DNA of 64,000 nt from the NCBI GenBank assembly GCA_025603075.1, contig MU626272.1, forward strand, positions 129,634-193,633. Reading direction: 5' to 3'. The stretch's first letter is position 1. Each line of letters starts with the position of its first letter. The position numbers were made by a program, and so were the translations under genes. The stretch is from Neoconidiobolus thromboides FSU 785 (Eukaryota; Fungi; Entomophthoromycota). Positions 38,701 to 50,813 of this stretch are shown here, in pieces. The notes beneath the pieces were generated by a model. It worked only from the letters and a program-made list of their open reading frames with translations, was not told the origin of the DNA and ran no database searches.

Positions 38701-41299
38701 AATATCTTTTGCTACAGTTGGTGGTGTTTTCTTTTGATATGTTGCTCTTTGTCCTGGAACGCCCCAAATGTCATCATCAAACCCGCTCTTTGATTTTGAT
38801 TTTGATTTTGATTTATCGTCATCCTTTACTTTGTTCTTATTTTCTTTTTGATTTTCAGCTTCAAGAAATTCAGTGGCTTTAGCAATCTTTTGTTGATCAA
38901 TTGAACTTGATTTGCCTTTAGGCTTTGATCCTAATCCACCCGATAATCCCAACCCATATTTTTTACTTTCGCTTGATGATGTCCCTAAATCTGAAAATCC
39001 TTCCCATGAGCTATTAGAATCTCCTTGACCTTGGAGTCTCCTTGCTAACATTTCATCTTGCTCAATTTGTAATTCAACAAAGCTACCTGACGCTTTTTCT
39101 TTACGTACTCTTTCAATTTCTTCTTGTTGAAGTTTATATGCCAATTCTTCATCTTTTGAAGGGTCAATGACAGTAGTATTTGGATTGAAAGTCACACTAC
39201 GTTTGCCTTTAGGTGCCTTTGAAATATTATCTGATTTGATAGCATTAAGCACTCTTATAGAATCACCTTCAACTAATCCAAGATCTTTTAAGCTACTTTT
39301 GTCCATTGATTTAAGTAAACTTCTATCAATTTTTTCTTTTGTAAACGTAGTCGCATAAACTTGTGCTTCATCATCAGCCACATTACAATCCTTAAAAAAT
39401 CGTAGCCATTTTTCGGATTCTGCATTTTGCTTTCTAGTAGAATCTAAAGATTCAGTTAAATCTTCTCCAATCAATTCAGATACATATTTTAAATCCACCA
39501 TAGACATCTTTTCAATTGGTACTGCTATTTTAACCCCATTTACTTTATGTAAATGGATTTTATTTTCACTGAATTTAATAAACTCTGCTTCCACTTTAAA
39601 GGATCCAGTAGTATCTGTCCACTCTCTAACCATAATAGAACTTGGTTCATTTGCTACATTATTTCCTCCAGCTAATGCCGAACTTTGAGGGGCATCGGAT
39701 GGAAGTAAAGTGACATATTCAGCTGGCACAAAACCTTCATCGTAATCCTCATCAGATCGATAAATTCTGCATCGCCACCAATCGGAATCAGTATCACTAT
39801 CAAGTATATAAATCCTTGTATCGGCTACTACAGATAGTTCACCTTCTTCTGCAGCATCAAAATCATATACTACAATCGCTGGTTTACCTTTTTTGCTTTC
39901 ATTACCAGCTTTTGAGGGTGTACTAGAGATAGAATTATTACTAGGAACTCTCAATTGAGTTCTTGTTTCTGGATAAAATTGCTTTTGCTGTTCAGATGCA
40001 CGATCAATTTCTTCTTGTGGTATTGGTGGTAGAGGAACTGTTTCATATTTATCCTTAATAGTTGGTACATCATCGGATTGATTATATTGTGGACTATGTT
40101 GTTGATAAGACTTTGGTGGTGCAGCTGATGATTTGGTGGATTTTTTAAACATACCAAAGAAACCTTTTGAATTTTTATCTTCTGCTTTTTCACGATAAAT
40201 GGCATCTGAGCAACTTTTTATTTTAAATGCAATAGCTTCGGCTTGTTTTATGGAACTACAGCTAAAATCAAAGGTTACACTATCCTTTCCAGATAATTCA
40301 ATAATGATATGTTTGTTTTTTAAACTATACGAAACTAAATCAGAAATAGCCCATTGCTTTACTGGGGAGCCCTTTTTAGAAACGATTAATTATTATTCAA
40401 AATTATGGTTTAACCCATTACCTTCTCTTCTTCACTTGCAACAAAGATCATATTGCTACTGATACCCAAACGTACTTTTTGTTTCTTTTTCTTACTTTTA
40501 TCTACTTCCTTTATAAAAAGTTAGTTTCGATCAGCAAAACATTAACTACTATACTTACTGAAACCCTCCAAAATAACATATCGTCTTTAGCAATTTTTTT
40601 AGTGCTTAATGGGGTAGTATTATGTTGGTCAATGCTTTCATTGATATTTTTTGAAACTTGAGGTAGTTCTTGTTCAACCTCTTCTACTGCATCTTCATAT
40701 TCCTATTAAAATATTTAATAAAATTAATAAAATTTAATAATTAAGTTTATTTACCTCCATATAGCCTTCTTCAGCATAATTATTTTGTTCATTTGTATCC
40801 TCAATAATCTAGAATATGAATTTTACTGTAATTAAAAATAAAAATAAGAATGAAGATAGATAGTTACTAACCTCTTCTGTATAATTTTGAGGTACAAACC
40901 CAAAACTACCATTAATACAACCTAACATCCAATCCTCACCTTCGACTTGATAAACCAATATCTCTACTCCTTCTTCAAATGAAAGTTCGTCTTCACCTTG
41001 AGCTTCATAATCATAAATTGCTCTATATTTAGCTATGTAATCGATCTTTATTTTTAAAAAACTTATTAACTACTTGACTCTATAATCAACCAAAAAAAGA
41101 ATTTTACCTCCTCAACATAGTTATAAGGGATTAAACCAATATTCATTTCGTCTGTTGAGTTAAGTTCTGTAGAAGCTTTCCACCAAGCTTCATCACTATC
41201 ATCGACTATATATAATAAACTATCTTCTTCAAAAGATAACTCACCTTCTTCTACTGCTTCATATTTATATAAGGCTTTACATATTCGTTGAATATTCAT
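35723..41299 (-). CDS. SLA1: Endocytic adaptor Sla1 (3 SH3, SHD1, SAM-like SHD2, low-complexity tail), multi-exon
   Basis: SH3 motifs ALYKYEAVEEGELSF, AIYDYEAQGEDELSF, VVYDFDAAEEGELSV; SHD1 REWTDTTGSFKVEAEF..IHLHKVNGVKIAVP. ORFs 37150..40152 and 35723..37138 join through a GT-AG intron near 37150-37200. Confidence 0.93.
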
Positions 41300-41729
41300 T
41301 GTTTACTAGTATTGCTATTTATTGTTGAATTGCTAATGTAATTGGGTATTGAAATGAAAGTTTTTTGTTGAAATTAAATGAGGTATTTCTTTTGAAGCCA
41401 CCAAGTTAGATTGTGGTAAATTGATAACCAATTAAAGATGAGTATTTGGAAGAAATTTTTCAAAATCCAAGTTCCTAGTTTTTTAGCCAAAACTTTATGG
41501 TTTTGTAAGGAGTATTAGGTAATACCAGGTTGCTTTTATTTTTATTTATTCTATTATTTACTCTTTAGGTTGTTTGTTTACTATATTTTTTATAAAATTT
41601 CATTTGAAACTATTATTAAGTAAAATTCAATAGAGTCAATAAATTTTATAAAATTCAATTTAAGACTGGCTTTTACTTTTTAGTATATTGATTCTCAACT
41701 TTTATTATTTCATTACAAATTTAGTATAT

Positions 41730-41826
41730 GGGGATGTTTTTTTTGGCTTCATTGTTTTTTTCATCTTTTAAGCGCTATTTGGGTAGAAAAATTGTTAGTA
41801 GAATTCTCAAACAAAAAAATATCCTC
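41730..41826 (-). mobile_element. MITE family A copy 8
   Basis: Reverse orientation, ATAT flanks, about 430 bp upstream of the SLA1 ATG. Confidence 0.9.
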
Positions 41827-42771
41827 ATATTCTCATGAGTTTTAATAATTTAGCTAAAATAATTGTTAACTTAATAGAATTGAACCTATTTAATATATTT
41901 CTATTCAATATTATTATACTAAAAAAGTAATAAAAAGAAAGACATTGAATTTCAATTTAGTATTACAATAATGATGTTTTTTTATTTTAATATTCATCTA
42001 TTAGTTTTTTTCAACTTATATTACTTAATAAATGAATAAAATATATTCATTCAGAGATGTTAGTTTTGTTTAATAGATTTATTAACATTTCTTCTATTTA
42101 ACAATATTCAAGAAGCAGAAAAATAAAGAAATTAATAAAAATAACAATGGTAAGTAAGATATCATTTAATTTAGACAAAAAATTAAATAAAAACAGCTAG
42201 TTAAATAAATAATATTAAAACTTAGATCAAAAATGAATTTTTACTCCAATTTCTTAGCCTTTATAATCAAGATTTGCCCAAAATATGAAAGAAACATGGA
42301 AATACCTAATAATAATAACTATAATCAGAAAGCACCCTTCCTAAGGCTTCCTCTAGAATATTGTAGTCTTTTATTTTTTGTGTTACTTTTTGCAATCATG
42401 TGGAGACTTTAGGTAGATAAAATATATTAATATATTAAGTTTTCTTTCTAAAATTTAAATCTACTTAAAATTAGAACAATCATTGTTTTGATTTTTCTAC
42501 TAATAAGCATGGCATTTATTGTGTTTTTTGAGGGAGTAAAGGTAATAGTAAAAGGGGTTACAGAATTAACTAATTATGGTTCATTTTAAATAAGGGGTTT
42601 ATAATTAAAATAATTATTACATAATAATAACAGTAGAATGACGTTATCCTTTTAAATATACATTAATATTAATATTCTATGTTTAACCGATAAATTGTAT
42701 TGAAAAGTGTATAAAAGTAACGGAATTTTTATTTTGTAAAAACTTTTGAGTTTTAAATAATATCACTAAAA

Positions 42772-43401
42772 ATGAAATCCGCTAATAATAGTTCAATCAT
42801 GATGATGGATCCAACAACGGATTGTCCTGCTAAAAATACAAGATCTAAATCTAATTTATTAGATCATACAGTACAAGAGATTATTACTAATGTTAATGTC
42901 ACGCCAAGAGCTAAAGGAAAGAAAAAATCAATGAGTACATCAAATACAAAAGAAAAAAGATTACAAAACAATAATTCAAAATCAATTAAAAGAAAAAATA
43001 GCGTATCTGAAGATATTTATTTTGAATTTCGTTCCTCAAAATTACAGAAAAACATTAATCTCCCTTCAGATCAAGACTTCATTCAAGAAACTAACTTACA
43101 ACGACCTAAAATAATAAAAGAAGTTCAACAATGTATAGAGTATTTGAATAGCAAATTAAAAAAAATTTATGGTAAAAATATACAGGGTAAAAATATTATG
43201 GTAAGTATTTATACTTATGTTGGTAAGAAACAAAATTTAAATGAGTTTAATGATGCTTTTATTAAAAAGAAAAAAGGAAGAGATAGGAAAGCAAAGGAGG
43301 AAGATAAGATAAACAAGGAGCAGGATAATATAGAGAAAGAAGATATAAATCAGATAGATACAAAAGAGAATTATAAAAAGGATACAAAAGAAAAGACGTA
43401 A
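42772..43401 (+). CDS. Hypothetical Lys/Asn-rich protein or decayed element ORF
   Basis: 209-aa ATG ORF with no recognisable domain; downstream DNA (43680-44060) reads as stop-interrupted coding-like sequence. Confidence 0.35.
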   Translation: MKSANNSSIMMMDPTTDCPAKNTRSKSNLLDHTVQEIITNVNVTPRAKGKKKSMSTSNTKEKRLQNNNSKSIKRKNSVSEDIYFEFRSSKLQKNINLPSDQDFIQETNLQRPKIIKEVQQCIEYLNSKLKKIYGKNIQGKNIMVSIYTYVGKKQNLNEFNDAFIKKKKGRDRKAKEEDKINKEQDNIEKEDINQIDTKENYKKDTKEKT

Positions 43402-44523
43402 TTGGAGAATTTGTATGTACGTTGTGTTGTAATTAATTAGTTCGGTATTATTTGATTTCTAATGGAATTATTTATAAAACAATTGACTATTTTAAGTGTA
43501 TTATTTTAAAAATATTTATTCAAATAATGTTTGTTATATCTAATTAATAATAACCAAACAAGATTTTAGTTAATAATAAAAGATAAATTATGAAATTGAA
43601 ACAAACATCAAATATTATTAATAAATAATAGAAATAAGTTGAAGATATCATCAACTAAAAGTTCATTTTTTGATTAGAATTCAACTTAATGGAAACATAC
43701 TCCTTAAACCAATTGAGCTTTTTATTCCAAGAAGAGCGGCCACTTAGAGAGATAAAGAACTAGATTAAAAGTTGATTGATTCGTTATACTTTTTATAAAC
43801 AACTTAGAATGAAATGAATGGTAATAACAGTGATTAGGTATAAAGTAAGAAGGAAAAGGATTCAATATAAAGAAGAGAGGTCTTAATTTTAGAGAACACA
43901 TCAAAACTAACCAAGTTATTAAAGGGACAGGGGATTATATTTAAGTGAGTCAAATCTATGAATAAATAAAAAGTATATAGATTGGGAGGATCTAACCTAA
44001 GGTTGATTCAAAAAAGACAAGAAGCTTTGTTTAATTATAGAAATCTATTTTAACAAAAAAAAACAAAGTAAAAGTATTTAATACACAGTGTGGGAAATCT
44101 TTTTGCTCATTTGTACTTTTATATCAACTCAGTTTAAAAAGCTATCTAATTATAATTATTACATTAGAATGTTCACTTCTTAAATGTTCTGGTTATTTTA
44201 TAAATTTAATATAGCTACTCCAACTCTATTGCAACTTAGTTTGTAATCTTTTTAAAGACATTGCTTTTTTCGTTTTTTAAGTTTAATTTTAAATTTGTCC
44301 TAATTTTAATTGAATTTTAGTTTTAAATGAACAGTTAATTATATCTTAATAGAGTTGTAACATCCGTGTTTAGTAATTTCTTAATATTAATAAAAGATGC
44401 TAATATTTAATATAACATGAAATTTAAAATTTAAAATATTCCTATTATAAACTTTATTATTTACAATATAAATTCAACTTCTTAATATTTAAACTATTAA
44501 CTACATAATTAATAAAAATTTAT

Positions 44524-45258
44524 TTAATTTCGATGAGTTAAAAACATGAAAAGAAGATAAAACATTAACAAAGTGGGTAATAAATTCCATGGCTGACTCA
44601 TAGTAGGGATTGAATTAGAGGTAGAAGAATTAGGAGATTTTGAAGAAGTACTACCAGAAGTATTTGAAGATGAACCACCAGTTGATGAAATTGAATTAGT
44701 ATTAGGACTAGTGCTAGAACTTCCATCTTCACCACCCATAATCCAAACATCTGGTTTATTATCATTATTAATAGATTTACAATAACAATCTGCTAATTTT
44801 TTTTTATCTGTATCTTTACATTCCAAAAAACTAGGCAATATAAATTCCATTTTATCTCCTTTCTCCAAAATAAAGCATTTCTCTTTAGTATCTAGTTTAG
44901 CCATTTGACAATAAGAAACTAACTCATAAGTAATTAAAAAGGTAGCATCTTTAGTTACTTTGCTTGTAAAACCAGCTGATTTTAAACATGCTTTCTTATC
45001 ATTAGATTCAAAACTGGCTTCCATAATTTGCATACGCGCTGTATAAGCTACTTTATCACTATAACTTTGACCTGGTTTTCCATCTTTAAATTCCATCTTT
45101 GGAGCAGCTCCAATAGTAGCCACAATTGCTCCTGTATCTTGACCATATTGAATAGAAGCTAAGGCATCGGTATCAGCTACTTTATTCGCTTTTAATTTGT
45201 TGATTCCTCCTTGAATAGAATCAATTACTTGCTCAGGCTTAAATTCTTTTTCTACCAT
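44524..45258 (-). CDS. Hypothetical Cys-containing protein with Ser/Thr stalk and C-terminal hydrophobic (GPI-like) tail
   Basis: Long open frame, 6 Cys, SSSTSPNTNSISSTGGSSSNTSGSTSSKSPNSSTSNS linker, then LLPTLLMFYLLFMFLTHRN; first ATG at 45258, TATAAATA about 65 bp upstream. Confidence 0.75.
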   Translation of the reverse strand: MVEKEFKPEQVIDSIQGGINKLKANKVADTDALASIQYGQDTGAIVATIGAAPKMEFKDGKPGQSYSDKVAYTARMQIMEASFESNDKKACLKSAGFTSKVTKDATFLITYELVSYCQMAKLDTKEKCFILEKGDKMEFILPSFLECKDTDKKKLADCYCKSINNDNKPDVWIMGGEDGSSSTSPNTNSISSTGGSSSNTSGSTSSKSPNSSTSNSIPTMSQPWNLLPTLLMFYLLFMFLTHRN

Positions 45259-46271
45259 TATTATATATTTTAGTGAATTTCTTTTCAATAATTTATTTAA
45301 TGAAATTGAATTTAATGAGGTATTTATACTTTTAATAATTTCCAGTAAAATTATCCAAACTTTCTTCTTTTAAAAACCAATGATTTAGTTAAAGAAGATG
45401 ATTGTAATTTAGTAGCATCACATGAATTCCAATGATAGCTTTCTATTTTCATATCTTTTTATAAATAAACGATATACAAGTACATAATTGAAGTAGCTAT
45501 TTTTTATGACCTATATTTCTATTTATTATAATATCATTAAGTGACGTTATATATATAAATAGTTTATGATGATATTCAATAGAAAACTTAGGAAATCTTA
45601 AGATTCACTAAATAATCAGCAGATTGAATATTAATTGAATAATGTGTAGTAACTAATGTAATTGTGTTTATATTTTTAGTTTGAAATGATCATTCATAAT
45701 CTTGGCAGAAGTATTTTTATATAGTATGATGTCTAATATCTATTCGCATCTATTTAATATAATTATTTATAAAACAATCATATTATAAAATAGAAAATAA
45801 AAAATATATAAATAATACAATATTTGGTTAAATAATAACTATTTATTCTGCAACTAATTCAATTTAAACATAAATTGAATATTAATTTTGTGTTTATTAA
45901 ATAGAAAATAGCTAAAATCCTTATGATTTAATCTAACAAATAAAAAATGCCCAATCGATGTTTAACATATTTTCATAATATGCTTATTTTTTTACAAATG
46001 AACATTTAACAATTCAATAATTTAATTATTCTTTAATCTATAAATTCAATTGCATTTTTTGTCATAATTAATTAGGACTTTTTAAAAAATACTCCAATGA
46101 AATCATACTCTAACTATATTTAACATAGATGATTGAACTTTCAAACAAACTTATTTATCAAACTTAGAAAATATTTGATTACGTAATTACTTTCTATTTT
46201 CAATTATTTAATAATACATGTTTAATTCAATAATACAATTTTAATCTTGTATCAATCCATTATACAGTCAA

Positions 46272-47222
46272 ATGCCTTTTTCATTACATAGTCATTCGGG
46301 TGAGTTTTGTCATCATGGAGAAGGTACTTTAGAATCTATGATATTAAAAGCTATAGAAAAGCAATATTTAATTTATGGAATATCTGAACATGTACCTAGG
46401 TTTAATAAGTGTCATTTTTATCCAGAAGAACAAGATTTATCAGAAAATGATTTATTACAATTGTTTCAAGGTTATATTAGAGAAGCTAATCGATTAAAAC
46501 TCAAATATCAACATCAAATTGAAATATTGATTGGTGCAGAAACAGAAAATTTAGGTATGGAATATTTAACGCAATTAAAGGAATTGTTAAAGGAAAATCA
46601 AGTAGATTATTTAGTTGGTTCTATTCATCATGTTAATAATATACCCATCGATTTTAATCAAGAATTGTATAATGAAGCACTAAAAACTCACAATAATAAC
46701 TATGAAACTTTATTTTTAACTTATTTTCAGCAACAATATGAAATGATATGTCAATTAAAACCAAGAGTTATTGGTCATTTTGATTTGATTCGATTATTTT
46801 GTCCGAAAGATAAAGATTATCATGTTAAATTTCCAAATACTGTTTATAAAGCAATTAAAAGGAATATACAATTAGTAGTGGATTATGATGGTTTATTTGA
46901 AATTAATACAGCTGGTTTTAAAAAAGGATTGAATTCGGCTTATCCATTTCAAGATATCATTAGTTTAATTTTAGAATTAAAAGGTAAATTTACTTTAAGT
47001 GATGATGCTCATAGACCAAGTGAAGTTGGTCAATATTACAATAAAGAATTAAAAGAGTATTTAATAAAAATGAAAATTAAAGAATTATATTGTTTTACCA
47101 AAAGAAGTAAAGAGCCAATATTTAATGAAGACAATAAACATGATTGTGAGAAACATTTAACTAATCAATTGGAGCTTATAAAGTTTAATGATTGGGAAGA
47201 TATATTAATTGATAAAAATTAA
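46272..47222 (+). CDS. HIS2: Histidinol-phosphate phosphatase (PHP family)
   Basis: SLHSHSGEFCHHG, GISEHVPR, DYLVGSIHHV, IGHFDLIRLF, EINTAG, SDDAH metal-ligand motifs. Confidence 0.93.
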   Translation: MPFSLHSHSGEFCHHGEGTLESMILKAIEKQYLIYGISEHVPRFNKCHFYPEEQDLSENDLLQLFQGYIREANRLKLKYQHQIEILIGAETENLGMEYLTQLKELLKENQVDYLVGSIHHVNNIPIDFNQELYNEALKTHNNNYETLFLTYFQQQYEMICQLKPRVIGHFDLIRLFCPKDKDYHVKFPNTVYKAIKRNIQLVVDYDGLFEINTAGFKKGLNSAYPFQDIISLILELKGKFTLSDDAHRPSEVGQYYNKELKEYLIKMKIKELYCFTKRSKEPIFNEDNKHDCEKHLTNQLELIKFNDWEDILIDKN

Positions 47223-47436
47223 ATAAAGTTATTATTATTATTATTAATATAACAAATTTAGTTATAGATTTTAAAAAATAATAAAATGAAATAAAAACAC
47301 ATAGTATAAATACATAATTTCTATATTTTTAAAAATTTAAAATGGAAATGAAAACGAAAATTATATAAAGATCCATTTCACTATTCTCTTAATTTTATCT
47401 CGCTTCATTCTATTAAACCTCATTGAATAACCCATT

Positions 47437-49738
47437 CTATACCACCAGATCCAAATCCTCATCACTAATATCGAAAACTTCTTCTTCTTCATTCTTCTTT
47501 TTCTTTTGATTTTTACTCTTTGAATTATCAATATGATTAATTGGAATTTGTTGATTTTCTAAATAAATTGGAGCTACTTTACGTTTCTTTTGTTGTTCAC
47601 TTTGTTTCTTTTGTAATACAATAGTAGCTTGAATAAAATCTAATTTTGAATTCATTTTAGATAATTCTTTAATATCTTGACAACGAGCTTCACTAGCTTG
47701 AATAAATTGAGCTAATTTATCAGCAGTCCAAGGAATCTAAAAGTTTAAAAAAAGAGTTAATTCATAATTTAATTCAGATAAAATAATTTTGAGTTTTAAA
47801 TAAATAAACTTACCGTCACTAAATAAGAGGAGTATTGAATTAAAATCTCTCTAATCCATTCTAAATGCTTGATATGCGTTCCTTTTCTTTTACAAATAAG
47901 ATCAACGAGATATTGAAATAATTGTGGTATATGAAGATCTCCCATATTACTAACTGTTGGGGCAATGGAACGTACTACTGTACTAGTAATGGTAGCTTCC
48001 AATAAATTGATATCATTAGTATGTAATGCTTGTTGCATTACTTTAGCTACTGACTCTTCTAAATTAGGAATGTTCTTAACGTTTTGAACTTCTTTTTCAT
48101 TCATTAAGTTAGTAGTGAAAGTATTGGTGATATTATCCGAGTTATTAAGTTTTAACTCGGTTTCTAATGCTGATAACTTTTCCCCCATAGTCAATGCAAC
48201 AGATGCATTAACTCCCTTGGAATTAAATCCTGATTTAATAGTAACTTGATTGGATATCTTAGATAAGGCATCCTGATATAAAATGTTAATATAAACTATA
48301 ATTAATAATAATAGAATGTTATATTATATTAAACTTACCAAAGTTTTGTTTTCTTTAAGTAAAGCACTTGGATCCACACATTCATAACTAGTAAATTTTT
48401 CTTTATAAATTTTTGGAAATTTCTAAATTTAATTAAAAATAAAACTATATTAAAATAATAAATTAGGAATGTCTTACCAAAGTTTCAAAACTTAAATTCC
48501 AAGTATCTCCTCTAGCAACAGTAAAAGATTTACCATTTTCAGCACAAACTACTTGTAATACTGGAATTTGAACCTTGGATGGAGTTGTGAATTGAATAGT
48601 TGTATTTGGATATCTTTTATCCATTTGTTTCCATCCCTTAGATTTATCTTCATGGGCATAGAATGTTTTCCATATACCAATGTTACCTTTTTCAGTTACT
48701 GATACAACAGTCGAAGAACTGGATAACACTACTTGATAAATTTCATCATCGAGAGTGAGACCTAAAGAATAGAGAATTAGTTAAAAAATGGTGAAAGAGT
48801 TAATTTACCAGTTGGTAAAGTAATGAAGGAATCTTTTTGAGCAAATTTTGTCATTTTATGAACACTTATAAACCGATCTTGATGAGCACAAGTGATAAAG
48901 GACTTTTGTTTAGAGTTGGCTGAAATGGATTGAATTTTATTAATGTGACCAGGAAGCGACTAAATAATAATAAAATTAATATGAAAAAGTTATTTCAATA
49001 AAAATAGAAATTACTTTAACCAATTTGCAAGTATCAATATTCCAAACATTAACTGAGTTGCCACCTGAAATTAAAAATTCATGTTCCTCAAAAGCAGCTA
49101 ATTTATTAATACTTTCGGAATGAGCTTTCCAAGTACTAAAAATTTAGTTCAATATAAATTTAATTAAAACTTGAAATCAGTATTAAGTTACTTTAAAAGT
49201 TGTCCTGTTCCTAAATTCCATTTAGCAATTTTACCATCCGTTGAACTTGAAAATCCAAATTTTTTAAAAACTACAAAATCAGTGATAGGCCCGTTATGTG
49301 CCTCTGCAAGTTTTAATATAACTTCATTATCAGGTAAGGAGTAGATTAAGATACTTCCATTATCACAACACAATACTAATAATTGTTCCTTTTTCTATAA
49401 ATAAATTATTAACCATTTTTCAAATCCCTTTTTAGAATTATTAATAATAACAATGACCAAAAACTTACATGACCAAAACCATCAATAGTACACCATTTTA
49501 AATTTCTAATACTTGATTTCGTAGGGGAAATGATATCGAATTCCAACTTATTTTTAATCACATCAAATACTTTAATTTTTTGACCAGTAACTGTAGTCAC
49601 CAAAGAAGCACAATAATTGATTAAATTATCAAATATAATGATTGGTGCTTCATTCACTCTCTTTAAAGATTCATTATGGATCGCTTGTTTTTTACGCTTT
49701 TGAAATAACTCTTTTTCAATTATACTTTTTTTTCCCAT
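47437..49738 (-). CDS. UTP5: SSU processome WD40 protein Utp5/WDR43, multi-exon
   Basis: N-terminal WD40 exons (AHNGPITDF, SSSTDGKIAKWN, SGGNSVNVWNID) and a C-terminal Utp12-type domain (QQALHTNDINLLEATI..LEWIREILIQYSSYL), acidic end. Confidence 0.85.
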
Positions 49739-49864
49739 CCTTGAAAGCCGATATTAAGATGCAAGTATTGATATTAAACAATTTCAAATTCAAGTCTCTA
49801 CAAATGTTAAGAAAGTGAACCAATTAAAGCTCAAATTTGGGAATAGAATTCAATTATAAGAAAT

Positions 49865-49957
49865 GGGGATGTATTTTTTGTTGAGAAATCTTACTAATAC
49901 TTTTTCACTTAAATAGCGTTTAAAAAATGGAAAATTAATGAAACTGAAAAAACACTG
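49865..49957 (+). mobile_element. MITE family A copy 9 (right end degraded)
   Basis: AAAT-GGGGATGTATTTTTTG plus family internal sequence; 127 bp upstream of the UTP5 ATG. Confidence 0.8.
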
Positions 49958-50158
49958 AAATGGAATTTCGTTATAAAATGAGATGGTTGTATATTAAATG
50001 TTTGCTATTGTCACAACTTAGAATAATAAGTTAAAATTATATTTTTAAATAGATGATATATAATCGATGATAAATTGTAAATAAAAATGAGACTTACATT
50101 TTACTTTTTTAAAATATAAAGTATATTAAATATAAAAAGGATAATAAATAAATAGTAT

Positions 50159-50253
50159 GAGGATATTTTTTGTGTTTAAGAATTTTAGTAATAATCTTTC
50201 TACTCAAATAACGCTTAAAAGATAGAAAAAGTGGAGCTAAAAAAAACGCTCCC
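50159..50253 (+). mobile_element. MITE family A copy 10
   Basis: GAGGATAT...CGCTCCC-ATAT. Confidence 0.87.
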
Positions 50254-50607
50254 ATATAATAAAAAGCAAAAATTGCTTTCTATATAAAGTATTGCTTAAA
50301 CATTACAAAGCTCACTTTAAAAAAAAGTAAGCTTGTCAGTAAAAGTAATCTTAATTTTAAAATTTTCAAAATCCAGTAGTTCAAAAAAACCCAAAATTTA
50401 AAAACCTATTTATAGCTACTGCAACTCTATTGTGATTCAATTAAATATATATTTAAAAAATTGAATTTTTGGTAGGTTTTAGAGCCAGCTATTTGTTCAT
50501 ATGTTTTTTTTAAAGCATAACCTCAAATTTTATTGTTACAATAGTGACAGCAAGTTGTATCATAAAATTGATTACTTTTAATTAATATAGCACAATAGTC
50601 ACCATAT

Positions 50608-50705
50608 GAGGATGTTTTTTTTGATTTCATCATTTTTCCATTTTTTAAGCACTGTTTGAGTAGAAAGATTGTTACTAAAATTCTTAAACACAAAAAAACA
50701 TCCCC
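50608..50705 (-). mobile_element. MITE family A copy 11
   Basis: ATAT-GAGGATGT...ACATCCCC-ATAT. Confidence 0.9.
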
Positions 50706-50734
50706 ATATAAACATAAAATGAGTTTATATTATA

Positions 50735-50813
50735 CAGTAATGATTGGAAAATTTTAGTTTTTATGCTAGGAAAAAACCAGTATAGAAAAATCAAAATTTT
50801 CCAATTACCGCTG
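50735..50813. mobile_element. Putative Tc1/mariner-type MITE (family C)
   Basis: TA-CAGTAATGATTGGAAAATTTT...AAAATTTTCCAATTACCGCTG-TA: about 30-bp imperfect inverted repeats, CAG/CTG termini, TA flanks. Confidence 0.6.

Noticed and set aside
46272-47222. Intronless HIS2 as a horizontal acquisition
   Set aside because: PHP-type His2 is the standard fungal enzyme, composition matches neighbours, and other native genes here are also intronless.
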